A DNA stretch of 64,000 bases from Convolutriloba macropyga (GCF_964194025.1 NC_134469.1:38378001-38442000); one strand, 5' to 3'; positions 50,101-61,953 are shown, counted from the first letter of the stretch. The notes: generated by a model from the letters alone, not told the origin. Program-made: numbers and translations.

Positions 50101-52373
50101 GTTCAAAATGCGCATTCTGGCATATCATGCTTAGATTACGTGACTCTGATAGAAATGACTGAGAATTGGGTATAATAATTGATTCTAAACAAAATTTTCA
50201 TATACAACTCAACAAAGTCCTATCAAATATGGCCACAGCGATTAGATCCATATACCTTTTACGTTATCAGTTACCTCTGAAAGCACGATTGATGCTATTC
50301 AAATCCCTAGTCCTTTCTCATTTAACATTCAGTGCTCTATTTTTTCAGAACTTGAAGTTCTCTGCAATGCAGCGAATTAATCGACAAATCAATTGGGGAA
50401 TTAAAGTTTGCTATATGAGAAAAAAGTTTGAGAGATCTACAGATCTCTTAGTCAAATCTGACATTTTGCCTGCAGAACTTTTAATAAGCCAGATGAGTGT
50501 TTCAAAACTTAGGAATGATATTTCATTATTGAAATCAGACGGCACTGAGTTTTTTTTCTAAGTGGTAATGTCTTAGTAGGAAAAAACAACAGAACTGAAC
50601 AGCTAATTCTCTTAAGGTCGAGCAGTCGATCATTACAAAAAAGAAGCATCCAAAAATGGAATAAACTTCCGCGTGAAGTCCGGTCTATCAGATCACGCTC
50701 AAAGTTTAAACGCATGTTAAAATAAAACAGCATCTGCTCCAACAATTCAAACTTGTACCGTTGGAAAGGAACGTTGGTGGCTTCAAAAGTTATTTTTACC
50801 TTTAAAAAACGGAACCACTAATTTTGATTTTTAACATTGTACTAATTATGTTTATATAATTTTAAACTTGTAATATTTAACCCCTGGGTTATATTTTCAA
50901 TTTGTTTAAACAAAAAAAAAGAGAACTACTGGTTATTGAGCGCGGCGTAGTGGTTTGAGATGTTCATTCAGAATGTCAGTCATTTCTGCGGAGTCAAGTA
51001 ACTTGCTGATTTTCCTAATTCATTAAATTTTCTCGAACAAAATTTGAAGCAATTACTGTAGACATGTCTTTTTTATGCAAAGTTTTTGCTTGAGCATTTT
51101 CTTCTACGGAATTCTTTCGATTTCACTTCTCGGGCGCGACTTTTTTACGCTTGGATTTTCTTTTTCTGAGTGATTTCAATTCAGAGCATTCAAGAAATTA
51201 GATCTGTTGCCAAATAAAAGCCATTGTGTGAGATGACAGAGCATAGCCCGTGTAGCCTGTTAACTCCTTACTTAGACATCTTTTTATGGAATCTTAGTTA
51301 ATCGCAAAGTTATAATCAGTATAAATCATGAAAGGTCAAATTTATTTCGACAGCCCACATAATCGGGTTTTCAGTGCTGCAGTATAATCCGCATGGCCAG
51401 CCTGATCTTGTAGTTTGGTAGTTAATTTCAGTCTCCCCGCGCATTGGGTGAGAAGGTAATTGTCTTTTGGGTGCTGTGCACGACTCACATCCTTGAAGTC
51501 GGGGGTTGGAACCCCTCCCAAGAGTCAGAAGTTTTTGCATCATAAAAATTTCTGTAGCCTATGCCCCTCGTAAATTGGTTCCCTCGCCAGTCGCTCGAGA
51601 GCAATTCTTCCGACGTTAGTTTGTTTTCCAGTTGCTATTCTTTTCGAATATAAAACTTGGAAAATAAATTAGGCACATGATTAGTTAAGTACGGATAACT
51701 CAATCCATAGAATCTCAAAATCCTTAGTTTTTTTTCATAATTATGAATAAAACCTATTTAAATCCTGCTACTTTCTTCAAATCGAAGTTCCCTTACTGCT
51801 CTATGGCATGTTAATATTAACTTTCAATACTATAATCATACCAAAATGGCGATTAATTACAGGTTTATTATGTTGCAATGATTCCAGTTGACATAATTGT
51901 GGCATTGATTCTTGTCGATTAGGAAAGCAGACAACAGTTTTGTTTTTCTCGGTGAATGTTTGTTTTAATTCAAAAAATATGAAATTGGAGGCCGTGTTAA
52001 GTGGTTTTAACATTGTTTGTTCAATCATTCAGTGCGCCCTAGACATTAAATGAGTTTTACAGGAAATTGGGAATTAGAGTCTGTTGGTATCAGAGGATAG
52101 TCTCTGGTCTTGATTCATGCTCTAGAGGCAAGAGTAAACATTTAACCGAAAGTGATTTTGTTGTTTCAGGTTCGCAATTTGAGTTCGTGCATTAAAGCGG
52201 CAGTGGACTTCGTGTCACCAGAGAGAGTGAAGTACTGTCTACGGACGACAGAAGAGTACCGAAACTTGTCAGACAGACACGCAAACCACGAGGACAAGTT
52301 ACAAATCAAGTCCGTCTTGTACCATGCTGTCAAAGACTGTCTATCAGTGCTCAAAAACACACCCACTTCATAA
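30084..52373 (+). CDS. KDM3: Lysine-specific demethylase 3 (KDM3/JMJD1/JHDM2 family), 10 coding exons, about 1711 aa
   Basis: join(30084-32150,32603-32839,33100-33610,34045-34379,34684-35559,41803-42092,43050-43207,46574-46850,48673-48853,52170-52373) = 5136 nt. All introns are GT-AG, with phases 0,0,1,0,0,2,1,2,0 consistent. Motifs: [80 protein letters not shown]. The start codon is unverified. Confidence 0.93.
32603..32839 (+). CDS. KDM3: KDM3 coding exon 2
   Basis: ttttacag|AGT...TCT|gtaagt, phase 0/0, 79 codons without a stop. Confidence 0.75.
33100..33610 (+). CDS. KDM3: KDM3 coding exon 3 (Cys-rich LQ..C...CRDCR...CRF region)
   Basis: [22 protein letters not shown] resembles the KDM3 FLQDGSC..CRECR..CRF..FRRL block. 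ctag|CCT...CAG|gtattc. Confidence 0.88.
34045..34379 (+). CDS. KDM3: KDM3 coding exon 4 (C6 zinc finger)
   Basis: [39 protein letters not shown]; ttcag|TG...CAG|gtatga. Confidence 0.95.
34684..35559 (+). CDS. KDM3: KDM3 coding exon 5 (linker to start of the JmjC-associated region)
   Basis: ttttag|TTG...AGG|gtttgt. Ends [10 protein letters not shown] and joins PIIVRG, compare KDM3 F..W..G.PVxVSG. Confidence 0.85.
35594..40972. repeat. Near-identical tandem duplication in KDM3 intron 5 (A-B then A-C-B)
   Basis: 35594-36146 = 37651-38203. About 36147-37650 = about 39411-40922 (identical ORFs 36698/39963 and 36923/40188). 38204-39410 is present once. Confidence 0.95.
40505..41417 (+). mobile_element. 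HINE/DINE-1-like element, family B, copy 1 (5' half also duplicated at about 37241-37700)
   Basis: subTIRs AATAGCCGCA (40505) / TGCGGCTATT (41383). 5' hairpin atagcc...ggctat and 3' hairpin CTGGCA-atc-TGCCAG. Inserted in a T-run with no TSD. Confidence 0.75.
41420..41555 (+). mobile_element. 3' end of a family A element
   Basis: gacaattaagt...tgtgc-taac-gcaca-ttaacgagcc matches the 3' ends at 5100-5170 and 13180-13250. Confidence 0.6.
41803..42092 (+). CDS. KDM3: KDM3 coding exon 6
   Basis: PIIVRG...[17 protein letters not shown]...FLQGF...[13 protein letters not shown]; tttag|CCC...AG|gtgagg. Confidence 0.93.
43050..43207 (+). CDS. KDM3: KDM3 coding exon 7
   Basis: [11 protein letters not shown]...FNLATSLP....[12 protein letters not shown]; ttcag|C...G|gtaggc. 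Confidence 0.93.
43560..44450 (-). mobile_element. Decayed CRE-like non-LTR retrotransposon fragment (pre-RT and start of RT)
   Basis: Manual - strand translation gives, in order: [11 protein letters not shown] (about 44390-44420), GS*GPSGSDA (about 43840-43872) and [23 protein letters not shown] (about 43640-43710). Confidence 0.7.
44900..45818 (+). mobile_element. 3' portion of a family A element
   Basis: ggggtcagaac...gtgc-aaac-gcacgagc 3' end at about 45769-45800. Internal match to 36520-36570. The left boundary is approximate. Confidence 0.55.
46574..46850 (+). CDS. KDM3: KDM3 coding exon 8 (JmjC HxD)
   Basis: [16 protein letters not shown]...RPGAVWNIF...KLRKFL; tttag|GT...AG|gtaaat. 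Confidence 0.95.
47210..48275 (+). mobile_element. HINE/DINE-1-like element, family B, copy 2
   Basis: subTIRs ATAGCTGCGAA (47210) / TTCGCAGCTAT (48238). 3' hairpin CCGGCA-atc-TGCCGG. The body aligns with 40540-41150. Confidence 0.75.
48673..48853 (+). CDS. KDM3: KDM3 coding exon 9 (JmjC distal His)
   Basis: [10 protein letters not shown]...[21 protein letters not shown]; attag|G...CAA|gttagt. Confidence 0.95.
50166..50920 (+). mobile_element. 5'-truncated LINE (CR1/L2 group) 3' fragment in intron 9
   Basis: [11 protein letters not shown]...[14 protein letters not shown]...; later [16 protein letters not shown], typical of an RT-ORF C-terminus, followed by an A-rich end. Confidence 0.75.
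52170..52373 (+). CDS. KDM3: KDM3 terminal coding exon 10
   Basis: [18 protein letters not shown]...[27 protein letters not shown]; tttcag|GTT...TAA. Confidence 0.96.
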   Translation, partial: VRNLSSCIKAAVDFVSPERVKYCLRTTEEYRNLSDRHANHEDKLQIKSVLYHAVKDCLSVLKNTPTS

Positions 52374-54770
52374 TCAGAATTCTCATCAATTATCAACAAA
52401 AACAGACAAGTAACCAGATCAAAGTCATTATAATAATACGATGGCTCACCTAACGAAAACCAATTCCAATAACTGTCAACATTCAACGTGCACAAACAAG
52501 CTATCAACGATGAACGGACGATTTAAAAAGTTTAAAACCTAGAATTATACGCAATTTCAAAATTTGGTCAATTTAGGGTTGAGCGGAAGCGATGTTATTA
52601 ACTGAAGGAGTCACTGTATAGTATATAAATTTAGTAGAAATTATTAGTTTGCTAATTTGAATGATTTGTTTTCTCAATGGTTCGATCTTTTATTTCAATA
52701 ATCAATTATGTTTAGTGGACGTCCTTATTGATTATGAAATTTTGAGCGTACATATTGTTTTTGTATTTCAATTGATTAAGTTCTTCCGTCTCTCGAAAAT
52801 TTGCCTAGAATATTATATATAAATGGCATATTATTATGATTGAAGAAACATAACAAAAGTTTATAAACTGAGTTTTCTCATCTGCTGAGTCAGAGCACAT
52901 ATGAAAACGAGGAAAATAACACCAGGCTCAATTTTTTTATCTTGCGGATTAAAACACTAGATCAAGTAAGACTTTATGTTGACGAATCAACAAAAAATAT
53001 ATATTCTCTCGTTGAGTGTGATGCTTACTGCTGCAGATTTATGCGGCAAAAGTTTCGCTGAACTGTCAAACGAATGATATTAGTTCGATGAACTTTTTCA
53101 GTATAAAGCGTCAAAATCAAATGAAGTTCAAAAAAAACAACCCTTAAGTCTCAAAAATGGTTCTCAACAAGTCATTTGACCCTTTAAACACATCGATGGT
53201 GTTTGCACATGGTTTTTGACTTGTCATATCGGCAAAACTGGGATCAAAACTGGGATAAATTTCTGAAACTTGCTATTTTGAATTCGAAGCTGAAAATATG
53301 ATAAGCTGAAAATGATTTATCAAAATTTAAACTTTCAAAACAACGTGTACAGGCAGTTTCATGTACACAACAGGAAAACAAAAAAAAGAATCTGACCAAA
53401 AAAATAATGAGCATTCTATAAGCTTCTAAATTTTGATTGGGCAGCCTATCACTGAAGAACAAAAAGCGCAAATATCTCAAAATTCCCAAAACTTTAATTA
53501 GGTGGTTCGTCTTCTACTTAACAGTATAACTCCGGTACTTAGCTCTCGGCGGTTGACAAGTATCGATGGTAAAACACTTAAAGTAAAACCAATTACAACA
53601 ATTCGATAAACATAGCTAACTTGCTCTTTAATCTTCAACAAAACAATAGCGGAAGTTCAACTAAAACAGTTGGAACTATGCCTCAACTAATAACCGACTG
53701 ATGCACCATGGTCACACGAAAAACAACGGGCTTCTTTGTGAGCAATCCGGCAAACTCAATTCCTCTGGCATAATACCGCAGCAAAACTTGAGAACTATCA
53801 AAGGTGCCTCTCACTCTTTAATATGGTCAAACAGTTCTCCAGGCAATTAGTTATTAATGCGCTCATAGTTAGTAATTTCTGCGCTGCACTTGTAATGTAC
53901 GCCGCTTTTATACTGAGACGAGCAAACAAGTTGTTCGCTGAAACAATACAACCGTCATATTAGCCAGTTGTTCAGAATCGTCTAAATCCTAATGGTTGGT
54001 TGGCAGAATGCCAAAAATAATGATGCCGTAATAACCTGGCTAGTTGAATGCCAATACTCACTTAGTAAAAATCAAGGTGGTGGAATTTCTCGGGCAAAAT
54101 AATGATTAGTCGAACCAAAAGTATTTCCGGGGCTTTGCTTACCCATGGCAATTTTGGAGGGTACGGGGCGTTTCATGCCTAATCAGGCATAGCACAGGGC
54201 TTACATACACACTATTATCAAAGGCGCTCAAAAAAATTCAAAAACAGTGATTTCGGTTTTTAACCCAATATCACTTTAGCTGACCAGTCGGTAAATCTGT
54301 TACTACCAATTCCTGTTTACAAGGTGCTTAGGGGTCCCTTGGGGTGTTGGTGAGTCCCACTTGGTGCATACACACCGGCATCGCGAAATCGGGGGATGTA
54401 CACATTTTCAGTCCAAAGTTATAGAAATTTTGATTATGATGAAATATTGTAATTTTGCAAAAATTCGTTTTTAGAGTTCATGCTAGCGAGTACCAACAGC
54501 TTCTAGGTTGCAACAATCTACCCGAAGGCCAGCAGTGTGCGCTGCGGTGCAATCAATTCTCGTTTAGTTCATGCTAACTAGTTCAATCCTTCGTAGAATA
54601 TCCGGGACTCCAATGAGGTGGTGGGTAAAAGTTTTAACTAATTTTTTTGCGCTGCGTTTCTCGTTACATGCAATCATGCGCCGCTCAAATATTTCACACC
54701 TAAAATATCAATTACTCTGGTTTGAGCTCATCGGTTAAATTTCTACACCTTCAAACAAATTCGCGAATTA

Positions 54771-57700
54771 AAAAGACAAGGATGCTCATTAATGTGCGTT
54801 CGCTCATGATGTTCCGTCTCGAGCTCATTTACACTTTTGACTTAATTGTCAACATAATGAAAACATAATAAAATAGATGTTTGAGTTTAAAAAACGTTTA
54901 AAAACCTAAGTACTTATTGAATTACATAATGCCATGCCTCATTACAGCGCTGACGAGATCTTTCATTGAAAAAACTAAGAAAAAAAAACAAACAACAAAA
55001 GACCCAAAAACAAAAATTTCACAGCAAAAACTAAGTATCTGATTTTGAACGCAACTAGTAACAACGCCAAAATGCAATCGTATAAAACATTAACTGCAAA
55101 AATTTAATTTGTCTATACCATACATCAGATAGCAATTTTCCTTAATGAGATTAGGCAACAAAGTCGACAGAAGGAAATAGTAAGGCGAAATTGGAATATC
55201 AATCAACTTTTTTTAAACCAATTAATTTCTATAGTCTTAAAAATCATTAGCTTTTAACAAAATAATTCTTAATAAATTTACTAAACATTCTTTATGAAAC
55301 TAATAGGAGCTGTTGTTGGTAAGATTAAGCCGTAGGAACGGACTACAGAAGCAGAAAAACTCAAAAAATTAAACAATTTGCGAAAACAAATTATTGAAGC
55401 CATTAAAATCATTAGATCCTATCTGAATACTGTGTATTATTCCTTCCATTTTCATTCATACTGATGCAACTAAAATTATACTGAAAGATTAAATAAGTGA
55501 ATTTGGGCCACAGTTGAAAATCATTCGGATCTGTTATTACGCGAATGTGCTAAAAGAAGAGAAAAAGAAACACAAGTACACCACTAAAACTTTTAATTAA
55601 AATCATATTATCCATAAACAAAACATCAGTTACGACATGATATCACTGGACAATTAAATTTTTGTAATACAAAAAATTGAAATAGACTTCTCAATGATGA
55701 GAATAAAATACGAATTGACGAAAAAAAAACAACAAAAACAGAAAAGTTTAAAAAATCATTGAAAATGTATAATATCATAAACTTTGAGACTATTCTATAA
55801 AAATTGACTGCCTCGGGTAACATCAATCCTGGAATACTCAATTACAAGCTTTTGAGACCGGTCAGCATTCTACGCCTACTTAAAGATTAATAAAATAGTC
55901 AAAAACCGCTAATTCAAAAAAAATTGAGAGAAAAGAGTCAGAGCCATTAAAAATAACTTTTCGGTAATGACTTTTCTATCATCGATTAATGTTTTAACAA
56001 CATGGGATTCTTTTTTTCAATATAACTGCAAAATATCAATAAATATGACATTAAAACCACGAAGTTTCTGAGAAAACCGGTAGTATCAACGCCATTAAAC
56101 TCAATTGATTTCAGCAATAAAAGCGCTCAATTGGAGCATAAGAGTTATTCCTCGATGGGACGAAAAGAATGACTGTCATTGCAATGTCATCGATACGATA
56201 AGGCATTACAATAAGTCATTGACTAAGAAAACAATAACAAATACAGGCAAAAACCAAAAATTCAGTGGAAAAGTGCAAGAAAGTGTCGAAGCCATTTAAA
56301 CCATAAGCTTTTCTCTGAAAACTTTATCTATGATCCACTGAAAATCTTCCCTGAACCAACGGGAACTATCCAAATTAGAATAATTTGATAAAATTTCCAA
56401 AGGATTCAAAAACACGAAAATATCCAAAAAGTTTAGAATTGTTTTTGAAATATTGTGGCATCAAAGTCGTAAAACCAATAGTTAGAGGATAAAACCGCTA
56501 AACATACTAGTTTTGGTTGCAGTAAAAAGGAAAGGGATCCTGTCAGTACTGAGACTGACTTACAGTTTACAAAAATAAGTTTATGATCGGTTAATGTTTA
56601 AAAAAAATTCGAAAAATTATAACTAAGTCTTAAAAAGTCATTAGCTGTCCAATCAAAGCACTGAATAGCTTCACTAATGCTCATTGCGAAACCCATCGCA
56701 CTCTTAGTCAACGATTCTATGCCATAGAACTCCAGAAAATCAATAAAACCTCAAAAACAAAATCAAAACTTCATTAAAATATTTTTTTCGCGTACTCAGC
56801 AACGATCTTCCGGCATATAAAATTGAACCTCTCTCTTCCATGAGAATAAAACATGAAAGGTCAAAAAAAAGTTACGTTAGATCAAAGAAAGAACAATTAG
56901 TTTTTAACTGATTCTTTTATTGCACAAGCCATTCCAATTTATAATAGTCTGCCTTCTAATATTAGACTAAAAACAACATCGAAAGCTTCCTTAAAAAAAA
57001 CTGAAAGAAGATTTTTGGAAAGAATTTTTGAAGGACCCAAAAGTAACTGATATAAAAGATGACATTGAGAGCATTAGATTTTAATTTTATTTTTAATCTT
57101 CATGAAGTACATATAAAATTGTGAGAACATTTCATGCTCGCATTTTAGGCCATTTTTTAATAATGTAAGGTCAAATTTTTGGTTAAGTAATTTAGTTAAG
57201 TGATTTTGTAATTTTACATAATGTTATATTCTTAATTTTACATTGCCTCTTTTACCATTTGCTTTTTATACTTATGTGTAGCAGAGGAAATTAACAATAT
57301 TCTTTTTTCTTTAAAAAAAATTGCAAAAGCTCAGAGTCGAAGCCATAAAAAACATGTGCGATTCCTTGAAAACGTGTTTCGTGTTCCTTAGGCGTCACTT
57401 TACTGTTTATCAAGTTTATCATTAACCAAACATTGATAAGAAAAGGGACCAGTCTCTAGGTGACCTAAAAAAGTATGAAGTTTTCTAAAAAAATTACAGC
57501 TCAAATAAAATTCGAATTTTTTTTTAGTAAACTGCCCTATGAGACCAGAACTAGTCTTTTTATCACCTTTTGTGTATTAGGAATACGAAATTGATTCCTC
57601 GATAACTCCTCGAAAAATACGAAATTCAAAAAAATCTTTTTAATTTCAAACTCTAGGCTGGACGATCTTTTTGATGATACCACTCAGATTTCTCTACGAT

Positions 57701-57783
57701 GAATACATCGATCGGCCAAAATTGACTGAACAAAAAAACCCATTTGAGTATATAGTTCCTTCCCCCACAAGTGGAGTCGGAAC
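54771..57783 (-). mobile_element. HINE-like family A, copy 3 (apparently full length, about 3 kb)
   Basis: 5' end GTTCCGACTCCACTTGTGGGGG at 57783. 3' subTIR at 54811-54821, followed by cgcacattaatgagcatccttgtcttt. The interior matches 12475-13250. Confidence 0.65.
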
Positions 57784-58249
57784 AAATACAACAAACGTCT
57801 GGATTTGTGGAAACGATTGAAAAGTTTATTATTTCGATTGAAAATTTCAGTTTGATAAAAAAAAATCTGCCCATTCAATAATTTTTCTGCAGAAAATCAA
57901 AAGTACTTCTTGAGGAAATAAGCCTATTAATTCTGAGCACATTCATAAATATGTCAAGATATCGATTAATAAACATTTGCAAGCCGGATAATTACACGTC
58001 AACAGATCTTCTGCCAAAACTATGGAGTCAAAAGAAAGAAAGAAAGAATTTATTTCTTTGATCAAGTACCAAATAAGTAACAGCAAGTACAAAAATAAAC
58101 GTAAATATTGACTCGTACAAACATGATCAAAGTGGACAGGCAACGGGGTATTTAAACCCACACGCCCTGCCCTTAGAGACTCTGTAAACTAGGCAGTGGG
58201 ACTATTTCAACAAAGAAGTTCCTATGATAACAAAAACAAAAATGAAGAA

Positions 58250-58976
58250 ATGGAAAAAAATTTTAAAAATTTTAAAACATTTTTGCTACATTCGACAAAA
58301 ATCAACAGCAGCCTAATTAAAGCTCAAAACTCGTTAAACCTATTGGAGGCATAAATCAGGCCTCCAAAATTTTTCGGTTTAAGAAATTGTTTATTAAGTT
58401 TTTCAGAAGCAATTTTAGCCGGAAAAATTCAAAATTTTTTGAAAAATTGCGATAACTCGGAAACCAGAAGGAATTGAGAGCTCATATTTTTTCACAGAAA
58501 TCCCATCCCCAAAGCAGATGTCTGATAGCATTTATCCAAGGCCTCTTTTTTTAGGAATTTTCTAGAAACATTATTCAAAGATGTATTTCACTAAATCATC
58601 GTTATTAACGAAATGGACTTCAAAAAAAATCAAAAACTTATAAAATATTTTTGCTACAGTCGTCACAATTTAACAGCAGCCTAATCAAAACCCGTTAAAC
58701 CTACTGGAGGCATAAAATAGGCCTCCAAAATTTTTCGGTTTAAAAAAAATTTTTTTTCCTAAGTTTTTCAGAAGCAATTTTAGCGGGGAAAATTTAAAAA
58801 TTTTGAAAAAACTGCGATAACTCGGAAACTAGAAAGAATTGAGAGCTCATTTTTTTTCACAGAAATCCCATCCCCAAAGCAGATGTCCGATAGCATTTAT
58901 CCAAGGGGTCGTTTTCCTTAGAATTTCCTAGAAAAATTATTCAAAGATGTATTTCACTATATCATCATTATTAACC
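58250..58976. repeat. Two diverged copies of an approximately 365-bp unit in the LINE 3' region
   Basis: 58250-58610 resembles 58612-58976; both end in ttattcaaagatgtatttcacta...ttattaac. Confidence 0.9.
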
Positions 58977-60685
58977 AAAAATGTTTCCTTAAAATTATGA
59001 TAAAAACTTTTTATAACATTTTCATTTGATCCAATAATATTGTAGGGAAGAACATCGGCTTTACTCAATGTATTAAAGAGCTTCGAAGCTCTGAATTTAA
59101 CTGATCGTTTTTCAACCAATCGCTTACAAGACGGTTCCATTAGTAATGTTTTTGATGCACTTCGCGTAGGTCTCGATGGCGAAAACGAGAACAAAGAATT
59201 AAGGTAACTTTCACGATGTAATCCACTTAATGACTTCAAAACTAGCTTTAATAACTCGTATATATGAAGCTGGTAGATGTTAAGTAATTTATTTTTAACA
59301 AAGATGTCATTAGCACTGTCTGATTTTTTTCTGAAATAAATGACTCTAAGTATTTTTTTTTGTAAATTGTAAATGGGCAACAGGTTGCTATAGCTGCTGC
59401 ACCCATAAACTAGTATGCCATATTGGATAATAGAACTTACGTTCGTTTTATAATAATCAATAAGCTGGTTACGCGGGGCATAATGCCTAAGTTTTGAAAT
59501 AATACCACATTGTTTAGAGAGTCTCGATTTCAGCACCGATAAATGAGAGACAAAGGAAAATTTGAAGTCAACTAAAATGCCGAGATATTTACATACGGGC
59601 TCAATGGAAATGTACTTGTTATCAATATCAAACCTATTTTCGCTTGACTTCAAATTCAAATGAATGGTCTTATTAATATTCAAACAAAGTTTATTAGCAT
59701 CCAGCCAGTGTTTAACATCATCAATTTCTCTTTGCACTTCCTCGCAGGACTTATTAAGAAACGTAAGATTTGTATCATCTGCAAAAAGGAGGACTTGAGC
59801 ATGTTTACAATGAAGTGGTAGGTCATTTATGTAGATAAGAAAAAGCAGGGGGCCTAGTATAGACCCTTGCGGTACTCCATGTTGTACTTTCAACCATTGC
59901 GAGGAAATACAATTGACTTCTACTCTCTGCATTCGGCTCCCGAGATAAGATTTGAACCAACACAAAACATTACCTCTTATTCCATATCTTTCTAATTTAT
60001 GAAGTAAAATTGTGTGATCAAGTGTATCAAACGCCTTCCGTAGATCCAAAAAAAAGCAGCTTATGTTCTTAACATTCCAGTTTTCCCTTATTTTCTCCGT
60101 TAACTCAACTAAAGCATCGATGGTACTATGCCTATTTCGGAAGCCGAATTGACAGGGTGAGAGGAGCCCGAATCGCTCAAAAAAGTTGTATAACCTTGTA
60201 TACATAGCACGTTCAAAAATTTTACTCCATACATTTAAAAGTGAAATAGGGCGGTAGTTATTTTCTTCTAACTTACTGCCTTCTTTGTGTAGAGGAAGTA
60301 TCTTTGCGTTCTTGAGCGATTCGGGGAAAAAGCCATGAGAGAAGGAACAATTAATAATGTGTGTCATGAAGCGAACCGTAACAGGGGCTGATAATTTAAT
60401 TATTACATTACTTAAGCCATCATCACCAGATGATGCTTTGTGAGCCAAGCTATCAATGAGCTCCTCAACTTCAAACGTTGAGACCGGGTATAAATATAAA
60501 GACTTGTCATTGTCTGGAATGGGACTAGGAGGCACGTTATTGATCGACTGACGAATATTATTAGGTACATTGACAAAATATTGATTGAACTTTTCTGCCA
60601 CGTCACCGAGAGAGGGTAACTGGTTCGCTTCATAACAAGAGGATAGAATAGGAATATTTTTTGAGTGCGTACTTCTGCCACTCAT
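58937..60685 (-). CDS. LINE ORF2, reverse transcriptase half
   Basis: NYRPISLL, QFGFR, FLDLRKAFDT, GVPQGSILGPLLF, FADD, KYLG. Confidence 0.95.
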   Translation of the reverse strand: MSGRSTHSKNIPILSSCYEANQLPSLGDVAEKFNQYFVNVPNNIRQSINNVPPSPIPDNDKSLYLYPVSTFEVEELIDSLAHKASSGDDGLSNVIIKLSAPVTVRFMTHIINCSFSHGFFPESLKNAKILPLHKEGSKLEENNYRPISLLNVWSKIFERAMYTRLYNFFERFGLLSPCQFGFRNRHSTIDALVELTEKIRENWNVKNISCFFLDLRKAFDTLDHTILLHKLERYGIRGNVLCWFKSYLGSRMQRVEVNCISSQWLKVQHGVPQGSILGPLLFLIYINDLPLHCKHAQVLLFADDTNLTFLNKSCEEVQREIDDVKHWLDANKLCLNINKTIHLNLKSSENRFDIDNKYISIEPVCKYLGILVDFKFSFVSHLSVLKSRLSKQCGIISKLRHYAPRNQLIDYYKTNVSSIIQYGILVYGCSSYSNLLPIYNLQKKILRVIYFRKKSDSANDIFVKNKLLNIYQLHIYELLKLVLKSLSGLHRESYLNSLFSFSPSRPTRSASKTLLMEPSCKRLVEKRSVKFRASKLFNTLSKADVLPYNIIGSNENVIKSFYHNFKETFLVNNDDIVKYIFE

Positions 60686-61953
60686 TTCTTTAAGTAAATG
60701 ATAAGTTTCCTTGAATCACCAATGCAAGACTTAAACTTATCTGCATAAAAAGATTTTTTTGATTTTTTGTATGCGTTTTCGAAATTTTTACGCTGAATTT
60801 TGAAATTCGCCAGATAATCTTGATTATTGGGGTTACTTTTCCATTTTCTATGAGCTTTGTTACGCTTGGTTTTAAGATTTTTCAAGGAATTTGTCAACCA
60901 TTTAGATTTGTTATTTGATTTGATTTCCTTTTCATTTTGCATTGGGGCAAACTTATCAAAGACCTTAATAAAACTCGAGTTAAAGATTTCAAAAGCAATG
61001 CTTGGATCACGACTACTTAATATTTCAACTTCCCTGACACTCAGGTGTTCTTGGAGTTCATGCAGGAAGAGCTGTCTCCGAGATTCATCGTGAATAAATT
61101 TTGTATTTAGAAATTTACACTGAGTGTCAGTCTGATCGAGGTCGTTGACCAACCAACTAGCTAGAATAGGATAATGATCTGCGATGTTTTGATGAAACAG
61201 GATATTTGATTTAAATGAAGGAATATTTTGATAGATGAAATGATCTAAGCAGGTTGATGAATGATCAGTCTCTCTAGTTGGACGATCCGAACTATCGAAC
61301 AGACTGAAGCCGTTTGCATTTATAATATCGACGTAGTTACTGCTTATCAAATTCTGAGATTTTGTATCGATGTTAAAATCCCCGCATATTATAAAAGGCA
61401 TTGTGGCAGAATTATTACCTTGCAGATATTCATCAAGTAACTCAATGAACTGGTTTTTGTTAGTTCTAGGTTTACTGTAAACCACCAAAGTTTTAAATGT
61501 GTATGATTGGCTGTTGATTTCAACACATATTGCCTCCTCGAATGGAGTTTGCAAGGTTTTATGTATCGTCGCACTCTCATGGACTTGAATCATCACCCCT
61601 CCGCCATACTTGTTACGATTTTTCACTTCAATGTTCGAGTGTCCAGGCAAGCGAAAATTAGAAGTATCATCATCATCATCTAAGTGTGTCTCTGTAAGGC
61701 ATATGACTTTGGGAAGTGATTCAAGTCCATATATAAAAGATTCCAATTCCAGCAGTTTGTTCCTGATTGAGCGGATGTTTAAATGCAAAATAGATATTAT
61801 CTGGGTGGGTTTAGATGTAGAGGGTTTATCACGGGACGGTAGGGGTTTATGGAGGGGTTCAAGAGACTTGTGAGTTATTGTTTGGGGGAAAAACACCATT
61901 GAAACAGGCAAAAACGTCAGAGAGGGGGTAGTTGAGCACTGAGCCAACTTCAT
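60682..61953 (-). CDS. LINE ORF2, apurinic-like endonuclease half (frameshifted from the RT)
   Basis: HLNIRS, LTETHL, GGGV, GDFN, LDH and DHYP motifs of the APE domain. First in-frame ATG is at 61953. Confidence 0.93.
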   Translation of the reverse strand: MKLAQCSTTPSLTFLPVSMVFFPQTITHKSLEPLHKPLPSRDKPSTSKPTQIISILHLNIRSIRNKLLELESFIYGLESLPKVICLTETHLDDDDDTSNFRLPGHSNIEVKNRNKYGGGVMIQVHESATIHKTLQTPFEEAICVEINSQSYTFKTLVVYSKPRTNKNQFIELLDEYLQGNNSATMPFIICGDFNIDTKSQNLISSNYVDIINANGFSLFDSSDRPTRETDHSSTCLDHFIYQNIPSFKSNILFHQNIADHYPILASWLVNDLDQTDTQCKFLNTKFIHDESRRQLFLHELQEHLSVREVEILSSRDPSIAFEIFNSSFIKVFDKFAPMQNEKEIKSNNKSKWLTNSLKNLKTKRNKAHRKWKSNPNNQDYLANFKIQRKNFENAYKKSKKSFYADKFKSCIGDSRKLIIYLKK

